Assembly (NCBI GenBank): GCA_963702005.1
Contig: OY969696.1
Coordinates: 2,816,001-2,880,000, forward strand
Length of the DNA: 64,000 nucleotides
Direction of reading: 5' to 3'
Origin: Candidatus Aminicenantes bacterium
GTDB taxonomy: Bacteria; Acidobacteriota; Aminicenantia; Aminicenantales; JAFGBC01
Shown here: one piece after another, positions 11,103 to 18,809 of the stretch
Position numbering within the stretch: the stretch's first letter is position 1
How the letters are laid out: every line of letters begins with the position of its first letter
The notes under the pieces: generated by a model
Seen by the model: the letters and a program-made list of their open reading frames with translations, nothing else
Told to the model about the DNA's origin: nothing
Databases searched by the model: none
Translations under genes and position numbers: made by a program

Positions 11103-11939
11103 TCAGCTCTCCGCCTTGAGCTTATGAATGATCTCTTCCAGCACATTGATGATTTCCTGGACCGTCGCGTTCTGCTTCTTGAATTCCAGCCTCAACCTGA
11201 AATCATCAGAATCCCCTGGAATATAATTATAGACGAAATGCTTGACCCCCGGCGACTTCCCTTTGATCTTCTTGGACAGCTCTCTCGTATCTTCCCGGGT
11301 TAATCCTCGCCTTGATATCTCGTAAATGAGCCTCTCCATGTCCGCTTCGGTCTTCAGCTTGGCAATCTCTAATATCGTGCTTCGGCTCGTGATCTTGTGG
11401 CTCTTCAGCATTTCCCTGATCTTCGGCGGAATCCGGCTTATCGAGATGATCTCCGTTATCGTCGATCGGGCTTTGCCCAGTTTCTCCGAGATTTGATTGT
11501 GATTATAGCTGTAAAGCTCAATGAGCGCCTTGAGTCCATCGGCCTCCTCGAACACGTCCAGATCCTTTCTCTGAAGGTTTTCGATGAGGGAGATTTCCAT
11601 GGCCTCGTTGTCTTTTACGTCCATTTCGATACAGGGAATCTCTTTCAGCCCGACCCGCTTGGAGGCGATGAACCGCCTTTCCCCAGCGACGATCTGATAC
11701 CGCATCCCGACCGGCCTCACGATGATCGGCTCGAGGATCCCCTTGGACTGGATCGAATTCATAAGCTCCTGGATGTTTCCCAGCTCGCTCCTCGCTTGTT
11801 GGGGGTTGGGGTCGATCCTCTCGATGTCGATCATCCGGATTCTCGGCCCGGCGCCGCGGGCCGCGATTAAATCGACAAAATGGGGGTCATGTCTCATATC
11901 GAGAGTTTCCGGCAAACCAGATCTTTTAGTTTTTTGCAC
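11103..11939 (-). CDS. parB: ParB/Spo0J-family partition protein
   Basis: IDPNPQQAR, GILEPIIVR, IVAGERRF (CTPase arginine patch), ENLQR and an HTH (KLGKARSTITE). Confidence 0.9.
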   Translation of the reverse strand: MQKTKRSGLPETLDMRHDPHFVDLIAARGAGPRIRMIDIERIDPNPQQARSELGNIQELMNSIQSKGILEPIIVRPVGMRYQIVAGERRFIASKRVGLKEIPCIEMDVKDNEAMEISLIENLQRKDLDVFEEADGLKALIELYSYNHNQISEKLGKARSTITEIISISRIPPKIREMLKSHKITSRSTILEIAKLKTEADMERLIYEISRRGLTREDTRELSKKIKGKSPGVKHFVYNYIPGDSDDFRLRLEFKKQNATVQEIINVLEEIIHKLKAES

Positions 11940-12690
11940 GTTTGATCAACTCCTCGGCGATTTTCCGGTACTGCTGGGCCCCTATTGAATTCGGAGCATA
12001 TGTGAATATGGATTCTTTATAGGCGGGAGATTCTTCAAGCTTGACGCTTTTGGAAATGGCCACTTTAAAAACCTTGTCGCCAAAGACCTTCTTGATCCTC
12101 TCTACGACATCCTTGGAAATATTCGTCCTCTGGTCGTGAAGCGTGATGACGACTCCCAAGATTTGAAGGTTCGGGTTGGCCACCTTTTTGACTTTTTCGA
12201 TTGTCTCTAAAAGGTCGTCCGTCCCCTCCAAGCATAAATACGAGGATTGAATCGGGATCAATACATGAGAGGCCGCGACCAACGCGTTCAATGTGATGAG
12301 CCCCAACGTGGGCGGCGTGTCGATGAAGATGAAATCGTATTTATTCCTGATCGGCTGGACGGCTTCTTTCAGCCGAAAGTGTCCGTCGATTTCTCCGATC
12401 AAAGTCGGTTCGAGTTTCGCCATCGATATTTTGGAGTTGGCAATATTCAACCCCGGCACCGTGGACTGATGTATAACGCTCTCAATCCTGTCATTGCGAT
12501 CCATCAAAACATCGTAGAGAGATTTTTTCAAATCCTGAGTATCACGAAGCAACGAAATCGTGCTGTGAGCTTGCGGGTCGGTATCGATCAGCAGAACTCT
12601 CTTGCCCATGAACGCCATGGCCGCGGATATATTCAGCGCTGTGGTTGTCTTTCCGACTCCGCCCTTCTGATTCGTGATCGCGATAATCAA
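11926..12690 (-). CDS. parA: ParA/Soj-family ATPase
   Basis: NQKGGVGKTTT deviant Walker A, IDTDPQ and IDTPP; TTG start with a GGAGG SD. Confidence 0.93.
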   Translation of the reverse strand: MIIAITNQKGGVGKTTTALNISAAMAFMGKRVLLIDTDPQAHSTISLLRDTQDLKKSLYDVLMDRNDRIESVIHQSTVPGLNIANSKISMAKLEPTLIGEIDGHFRLKEAVQPIRNKYDFIFIDTPPTLGLITLNALVAASHVLIPIQSSYLCLEGTDDLLETIEKVKKVANPNLQILGVVITLHDQRTNISKDVVERIKKVFGDKVFKVAISKSVKLEESPAYKESIFTYAPNSIGAQQYRKIAEELIKRAKN

Positions 12691-12987
12691 TGATGCCTCC
12701 CAAGGTTCTAAACACAGCTAAGATATAAAAAAAGCGGCTTCTTTTCAACCCCCTTCGCGAGATTCCAAGGACGCTAGTCCCCAGCGGGGATATCGAATTA
12801 CCGCTTCGGGGACATACAGCGGCCTTGCAGTACTCATGGAGCCGTATCAACGGCTCCATGGGTGCAGCGGTTTCGCAGTGCACATGAACCAGAAACTGAT
12901 CATGTGCGCGCTCCAACGCCTCCAAAGAGTAGATCCCACAGACGTAAGTCCGTTGAGCTTCCGCCCCATCGTATATCGAGCTTGAAA

Positions 12988-13003
12988 TGTCGGCATGCCG
13001 ACA
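12988..13003. promoter_or_regulatory. 16-bp perfect palindrome, candidate ParB-binding (parS-like) site
   Basis: TGTCGGCATGCCGACA has the same length and the same TGT...ACA ends as canonical parS; it lies about 300 bp upstream of parA. Confidence 0.45.
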
Positions 13004-13334
13004 ATTCCCCTCTATCTGATCAAGTTTAGGATCATACTAAGCTATGAATTTTAAAGCTGCATACCTAAAAAGTATTTTAATTACTTTATTATCAATATCA
13101 TAGAATTGCATATTGATATTTCTACTGCCCAGCGATAATCTTCCGCCAAATCAATCGCCGCGCAACGTTCTGTTTGAAACCCAAGAACTCCGGCCCCATT
13201 GCCCCGGATGCGAAAGGTTTGGAATCTGGCCCGGATTGTCTCTCGTCGCTATATTATCATATCTCGATATCTTAATATAATAGCATTAACCCGAATGCCC
13301 GCGCCCCATTTTCTCCTCAGGAACGCTCACGGCT

Positions 13335-13363
13335 TTGATAAATTTATCCGTTTTCGTTATGAT
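13335..13363 (+). promoter_or_regulatory. sigma70 promoter of the methyltransferase operon
   Basis: TTGATA-17 bp-TATGAT. Confidence 0.6.
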
Positions 13364-13393
13364 AATGCGCGTCGTGGAAAGGCGACGAGAAAA

Positions 13394-14272
13394 ATGACCG
13401 ACATTCTGAGTCTGGCCCGCGAGCGAACCGTCCTCCTCGACGGAGGCTTGGGCACGGAGCTTTTTCGCCGCGGATTTCCCCAAGGGGCCTGCCCCGAAGC
13501 CTGGAACGTCGAACATCCGGACATCGTCCAAAAAATTCACAGCGACTACTTCGGAGCCGGCTCGGACGCCGTCCTCACCAACAGCCTGGGCGGAAGCTCA
13601 ATAAAGCTCGCGACCTTCGGGCTTTCGTCCCGGGCCCTAGAGATCAACCGGAAAGCCGCTGAGCTGGCTGCTTCCGTCAGGCCTCAAGGACGCTTCGTGG
13701 GCGGCAGCATGGGACCCGTCGGGAAATTCCTCAAGCCGCAGGGAGATCTCGTCGAGGCGGACCTCGAGGCATCCTACGCCGAGCAGGCCCGAGGCCTGCA
13801 CGACGGCGGGGCCGATTTTCTTCTCCTCGAAACTCACTACGACCTCAGGGAAGCGCTGTCCGCACTCAAGGCGGCCCGGCGAAGCACCCCCATTCCCGTT
13901 TTCGTGACGATGACATTTGACCGCAAGCCGCGCGGTTTCTTCACGCTGATGGGCGATAAGCCCTCCGCCTGTTTCGCCGCTCTCGAAGCCGCCGGGGCTT
14001 CCGGACTGGGAGCCAACTGTACCCTGGACAGCAAGGATATGGCCGACCTCACCGCCGTTCTGAGACCCCTGACCGCCCTGCCCCTGATAGTCCAGGCCAA
14101 CGCCGGCCGGCCCTCCCTATCGGCGGAGGGCGTCGTCGCCTATTCTCAAGGCGTCTCGGACTATGTCCGTTATGTGCCAGACATGATCCGGAACGGCGCC
14201 AATATCATCGGAGGCTGCTGCGGCACGAATCCCGACTATATTCGCGCCATGGCCAAGATCCTCCAACCTTAA
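13394..14272 (+). CDS. Homocysteine S-methyltransferase family protein (MetH Hcy-binding domain-like)
   Basis: LLDGGLGTEL plus GANC and GGCCGT zinc ligands. Start taken at ATG 13394. Confidence 0.9.
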   Translation: MTDILSLARERTVLLDGGLGTELFRRGFPQGACPEAWNVEHPDIVQKIHSDYFGAGSDAVLTNSLGGSSIKLATFGLSSRALEINRKAAELAASVRPQGRFVGGSMGPVGKFLKPQGDLVEADLEASYAEQARGLHDGGADFLLLETHYDLREALSALKAARRSTPIPVFVTMTFDRKPRGFFTLMGDKPSACFAALEAAGASGLGANCTLDSKDMADLTAVLRPLTALPLIVQANAGRPSLSAEGVVAYSQGVSDYVRYVPDMIRNGANIIGGCCGTNPDYIRAMAKILQP

Positions 14273-14281
14273 TCCAGGTTG

Positions 14282-16066
14282 ATGGCCTTCAAGATTCAAG
14301 TCCTGTCTCCCCTACCCCGGACGATCGAAGCCGAGGCCGGCCAGAGCCTGTCCCGAGCCCTGATCGAGGGCGGTATTCCGCTGAACGCTTACTGCGGCGG
14401 AAAAGGCCTCTGCGGAAAGTGCCTGGTCGAGGTCGTAGCGGGAACGCTTCCTCCCCCTCTACCCGAAGAAGCCTCCCTGTTGAGGCGAAAAAGCCCTGAT
14501 TCCCCCTTCCGGTTCGCCTGCCTGCTTCCCGTCCGTAGCGACCTCGTCGTGAAGATTCCCACGATCGCCCTGATATCGCCCCTCCAAGGGCTGACCGAAG
14601 GGATTCTTGCTTCGCTCGACTTTGACCCGGCGGTCAAGCTGTTCCCTTTCAGGCTAGGACGGGATCAGTTGTCCCCTTCCCTCCTCGAATCGCGCGGGGC
14701 CGAGCTATTTAAGCTCCCCTTCAACGATGCCTGGCGTTCGTATTCCTGGCCCGTTCTCCGGGAGGCGATCCGGTCCGCCGGCAACGCGCCCGGGGATTAC
14801 ACGGCCGCGATTTACGAGGAGCGGATCCTTCTCGATGTCGCGCCCGGGGAGAACGCCGATACGGCCTTCGGCCTGGCCGCGGACCTGGGGACCACGACCG
14901 TTGTCATGGAGCTCGTCGACCTCGTCGCCGGCCGCATCTTGGGGAAGGCCATCGGGCTTAACGCTCAGGCCCGTTTCGGGGCCGACGTCATATCCCGGAT
15001 CTCCCATGCTATTCTGGCCCCCGCTCAAGCCGAAGAATTGAGAGAGGCCGCGCTCGAAACGCTGTCGGACCTCCTGTTCCGGGTGGCCGCCGGCGCGAAC
15101 ATTCCTCCCCAGGCCATTTTCGACATCGTCGTCGCGGGCAATACGGCCATGAACCATCTTTTGCTGGGCCGGTCCGTCCGGTCGTTATCCGCCGCCCCTT
15201 TCGAAGCCGAATTCCGAACGCTGCCGCCCCTCGAGGCCGTCGCCTGCGGCTTCCCGGTCCAGCGCCGCGCGAAGCTTTTCATCTCCCCGAATATCGGAAG
15301 CTACGTCGGGGGCGATATCACGGCGGGGCTGCTGGCCACCGGGATGCTCGGCGAGCCGGGAAACCATTTGTTCATCGACCTGGGCACAAACGGCGAGATC
15401 GTCCTCAAGGCCGGCGATACGGTTACGGCCGCCTCGACGGCCGCCGGGCCAGCCTTTGAGGGCGCGAGCCTCAGCTGCGGCATGCTGGCCGTTCCCGGCG
15501 CCGTGGATAGGGCCGTCGGTCCGGACGGGGCCCCGCTCCTATCCACGATCGGAGACAGGACCGCGGCCGGCATCTGCGGGACGGGCTATGTCGACCTGCT
15601 GGCCAGGTTCCTGCGCGAGAGGCTTGTCTCCCGGAGCGGAGCCATCGCGGGCGGAAAAGCCTTCCTCCCCGTCGCCGAGGGGATCTCGGTCAGCCAGAAT
15701 GATATCCGCCAGCTCCAGCTGGCCGTGGCCGCCGTCAGGACGGGCGTCGAACTTCTGCTGAGGCGAAACGGGCTCGCTCCCTCCGACCTGGACGGCCTCT
15801 ATCTGGCCGGAGCCTTCGGCAACTACCTCAACGTCGAAAGCGGCCGGACGATTGGCCTTCTGCCGAAGATCGACCTCGGAAAGGTTCGCTTCGTAGGGAA
15901 CACCTCCCTGGCCGGGGCCAGGGCCATGCTCCTTTCCCGGCGCGCCCGTGCCGAGGCCGTTCGGATCGCGGGGTCGATCGCCCACGTGCCGCTTGCCTCG
16001 GACGCCTCGTTCCAGGATACTTACATCCGGTCCCTGATTTTTCCGGGGACGGGAGATGCCGAGTGA
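14282..16066 (+). CDS. ASKHA-domain reductive activator of corrinoid proteins (RACE/RACo-like)
   Basis: N-terminal 2Fe-2S motif CGGKGLCGKC...C, DLGTTTV, DLGTNGEI, AAGPAFEG and LAGAFG. Confidence 0.9.
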   Translation: MAFKIQVLSPLPRTIEAEAGQSLSRALIEGGIPLNAYCGGKGLCGKCLVEVVAGTLPPPLPEEASLLRRKSPDSPFRFACLLPVRSDLVVKIPTIALISPLQGLTEGILASLDFDPAVKLFPFRLGRDQLSPSLLESRGAELFKLPFNDAWRSYSWPVLREAIRSAGNAPGDYTAAIYEERILLDVAPGENADTAFGLAADLGTTTVVMELVDLVAGRILGKAIGLNAQARFGADVISRISHAILAPAQAEELREAALETLSDLLFRVAAGANIPPQAIFDIVVAGNTAMNHLLLGRSVRSLSAAPFEAEFRTLPPLEAVACGFPVQRRAKLFISPNIGSYVGGDITAGLLATGMLGEPGNHLFIDLGTNGEIVLKAGDTVTAASTAAGPAFEGASLSCGMLAVPGAVDRAVGPDGAPLLSTIGDRTAAGICGTGYVDLLARFLRERLVSRSGAIAGGKAFLPVAEGISVSQNDIRQLQLAVAAVRTGVELLLRRNGLAPSDLDGLYLAGAFGNYLNVESGRTIGLLPKIDLGKVRFVGNTSLAGARAMLLSRRARAEAVRIAGSIAHVPLASDASFQDTYIRSLIFPGTGDAE

Positions 16067-16088
16067 ATTCGAGAAGAAGGGAGACACG

Positions 16089-16745
16089 ATGAGCGCCAAG
16101 GACGATCTCTTAGTTGGCATGAAAACGTCCGTCGTCGAGGGCAACCGGGCCGACTCCGAACGGCTGGCTCAGGAAGGCCTCCGCTCCGGCCTGGACCCGC
16201 TCGAGGCCATCGAGAAAGGCTATGCGGTCGGCATCCAGGAGGTGGGCGTTCTCTGGGAAAGGGGCGACTACTTTCTGCCCGAACTCGTGGCCAGCGCCGA
16301 GTGCATGAAGGCGGCCATGGCCGTCCTCGAGCCCACCCTGTCCGCCTCGTCCCGCGAGGCCAGCCGGCTGGGCAAAGCCGTCATCGGGACGATCGAGGGC
16401 GATATCCACGACATAGGGAAAAATCTGGTCGCGGCCATGCTCCAAGCCCACGGGTTCGAGGTCCTCGACCTGGGGGCCGACGTCAAGCTCGAACGGTTCG
16501 TCGAAAAGGCCGAAGCCGAGTCGGCCCGCCTCATCTGCGTTTCGGCCCTGCTGACGACGACCATGGCCAACCAGAAGAAGCTTATCGAGCTCCTGGGCGA
16601 GCGAAAAGTCCGTTCGAAGTACAAAGTCCTGGTGGGCGGCGCTCCCGTCAACCAGGCCTGGGCCGATGCGATCGGCGCCGACGGCTACGGCGAGAACGCC
16701 CTGGCGGCGGTCCGGGCGGCCAAGAAACTCCTGGCCCAAGGCTGA
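16089..16745 (+). CDS. Corrinoid (B12-binding) methyl-carrier protein
   Basis: Cap domain FLPEL, EGDIHDIGKNLV (DxHxxG), SALLTTTM and VGGAP. Confidence 0.92.
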   Translation: MSAKDDLLVGMKTSVVEGNRADSERLAQEGLRSGLDPLEAIEKGYAVGIQEVGVLWERGDYFLPELVASAECMKAAMAVLEPTLSASSREASRLGKAVIGTIEGDIHDIGKNLVAAMLQAHGFEVLDLGADVKLERFVEKAEAESARLICVSALLTTTMANQKKLIELLGERKVRSKYKVLVGGAPVNQAWADAIGADGYGENALAAVRAAKKLLAQG

Positions 16746-16761
16746 AGAATAGGAGCCGGCC

Positions 16762-18228
16762 ATGATGATCCCCGCCCTCCGTCCCAAGCTCGAAGTCCTG
16801 AGGCCTGAGCTCATCAAGTCCATCATCGACGAGGCCCTGGCCCTGCTCGACAAGCAAGGCATCTTCGTCGAAAACGAAAATGCCTTGGCCCTTTTCCGCG
16901 ACGCCGGCCAGCGCGTTGACGGCGCCGCCCAGAGGGTTCGCCTGTCGGAAAAACTCGTCCGGGACGCGTTGGCCAGCACGCCGTCCGAAATCCGGCTTTA
17001 CGACCGGAGCGGAGATAAAGAATTCCTGGTCGGCCGGGACGAAGTCCATTTCGATCCGGGTTCGACCGCCATCACCATCCTCGACCCCGCGACCGGCCTT
17101 CACCGGAAGCCGGTCACTCCCGACCTCGTCCGCCTGGCCCGGCTGACCGACCTTCTGCCCCATTACCACTTCCAGAGCACGGCCCTTATCGCCGGCGACG
17201 TCCCGGACCTCGTTGCCGACAGCTACCGGCTCTTCTTGGCCCTCCAATACTCGGCCAAACCCGTCGTCACCGGGACGTTTCGGGTCGAGGGCTTCAAACC
17301 CATGCTGGAGATGCTGATGGCCGTCCGGGACAGCGCTCCGGCCTTGGCCGCCAAGCCCCTGGCCATCTTCGACGCCTGCCCCTCCCCTCCCCTCAAATGG
17401 AGCCAGCTGACATCCCAGAGCCTTATCGACGCGGCTCGGGCCGGGCTGCCTTCGGAGCTCATCTCGATGGGCATGACCGGAGCAACCTCGCCCGCGACCA
17501 TCACCGGAACGCTTGTCCAGCACACCGCCGAGAACCTCTGCGGCCTCGTCATCTGCCAGCTGGCCCGGAAGGGGGCCCCGGTCATCTTCGGCGGGTCACC
17601 CTCGAGCTTCGACATGAGGAAGGGAACGACGCCGATGGGGGCCATCGAAACCATGATGATCGACATGGCCTACGCCCAAATCGGAAAAACGCTGGGACTT
17701 CCGACCCATGCCTATATGGGATTGACCGACGCCAAGGTCATCGACGCCCAAGCCGGTCTGGAAGCCGCTCTCGGCGCCGTTCTAGCCGCCCTGGCCGGCA
17801 TCAATGTCGTCTCCGGACCGGGCATGATGAACTTCGAAAGCACCCAGAGCCTGGAAAAACTCGCCGTCGACAACGAGGTCTGCGGGATGGCCTACCGCCT
17901 CGTCGCCGGCATCGCCCAGAGGGACGATCCGATGGCCCTTCCCTTCTTTGAGGCCCTAAGCGCGTCCACCCAGTTCTTGTCTCTCCCCCATACCAGGCAG
18001 TGGTACCGGAAGGAGCACACCCTGCCCGGTCTCATCGACCGGGACACTTACGAAGATTGGGTAGCGTCGGGCCGGAAGACGATGGCCGACCGGGCGGCCG
18101 AGGACGTCCCGAAACGGCTTAAGGAAACGCCCCTAAACCTGGCCGATAAGAACGTCCGAAAGGAGCTCGAACGGATCATGCTCGGCGAGGCCCGAGTGGC
18201 CGGACTGAGCCGGCTGCCCGAGGTCTGA
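16762..18228 (+). CDS. MttB-superfamily corrinoid methyltransferase, non-pyrrolysine
   Basis: SPPLKW, GATSPATITG and GLTDAKVIDAQAG (Leu at the inferred Pyl position); no in-frame UAG. Confidence 0.88.
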   Translation: MMIPALRPKLEVLRPELIKSIIDEALALLDKQGIFVENENALALFRDAGQRVDGAAQRVRLSEKLVRDALASTPSEIRLYDRSGDKEFLVGRDEVHFDPGSTAITILDPATGLHRKPVTPDLVRLARLTDLLPHYHFQSTALIAGDVPDLVADSYRLFLALQYSAKPVVTGTFRVEGFKPMLEMLMAVRDSAPALAAKPLAIFDACPSPPLKWSQLTSQSLIDAARAGLPSELISMGMTGATSPATITGTLVQHTAENLCGLVICQLARKGAPVIFGGSPSSFDMRKGTTPMGAIETMMIDMAYAQIGKTLGLPTHAYMGLTDAKVIDAQAGLEAALGAVLAALAGINVVSGPGMMNFESTQSLEKLAVDNEVCGMAYRLVAGIAQRDDPMALPFFEALSASTQFLSLPHTRQWYRKEHTLPGLIDRDTYEDWVASGRKTMADRAAEDVPKRLKETPLNLADKNVRKELERIMLGEARVAGLSRLPEV

Positions 18229-18809
18229 TGGAAAAACGGACGTCCTTCATCCTGGCTCTCGACGAACGTAAGGTTCTGACCCGGATCGGGTTCAAAGGCC
18301 CGTCGAAGGACCTCAAGCCCTCGCTCAAAGAGGCCGTCGAAGATGAGAAACGAAGGGCGCTGACCCTCGTCGAACCGGCCGCGCTCTGGACCGTCATCGA
18401 CTACGAAGAAACGAACAAGCACCCCATTTTCGCCGGAGCCGTCCGGGTCGCCCTCTGCCTGTGCACGATCGGCCCCGGCCTCGAGGCGGCCGTCGCCGAG
18501 CTCATGAAGACCGATGTCCTGCGCGGCCTCATCCTGGACGCCTTCGGTTCCCAAGCCGTGGCCGAGGTCTCGCGCCAGATGGGCCGCGACATCGAAGGAC
18601 GGGCCCTCGAGATGGGGCTCAACCCGGGCAAACGTTTCGCGCCGGGCTATCGGTCCTGGCCGGTCGAGGAACAGGCCTTCATGTTCCATCATCTGCCTGG
18701 ACACCTGATCGGCGTCCGGCTGATGGACTCCTACATGATGGTCCCCAGGAAATCCTATTCATTCCGGATCAATTTCGGCGCGGCCGCCGGCCGCGAGCCC
18801 GGTCCCTAA
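18228..18809 (+). CDS. Stand-alone methionine synthase activation-domain-like protein
   Basis: CTIGPGLE, DAFGS, RFAPGY and YMMVPRKS motifs. Confidence 0.8.
   Translation: MEKRTSFILALDERKVLTRIGFKGPSKDLKPSLKEAVEDEKRRALTLVEPAALWTVIDYEETNKHPIFAGAVRVALCLCTIGPGLEAAVAELMKTDVLRGLILDAFGSQAVAEVSRQMGRDIEGRALEMGLNPGKRFAPGYRSWPVEEQAFMFHHLPGHLIGVRLMDSYMMVPRKSYSFRINFGAAAGREPGP

Noticed and set aside
12691-13393. AT-rich gap upstream of parA as oriC or a plasmid origin
   Set aside because: There is no dnaA/rep gene, DnaA-box cluster or iterons, and the adjacent dif and converging gene orientation point to the terminus.
13199-13393. Cobalamin or SAM riboswitch, or an N-terminal extension ahead of the Hcy methyltransferase
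   Set aside because: No aptamer motifs are present; the region is AT-rich promoter DNA and the protein domain starts at 13394.
16762-18228. Pyrrolysine read-through in MttB
   Set aside because: The ORF is open with no in-frame UAG, and Leu occupies the inferred Pyl position.
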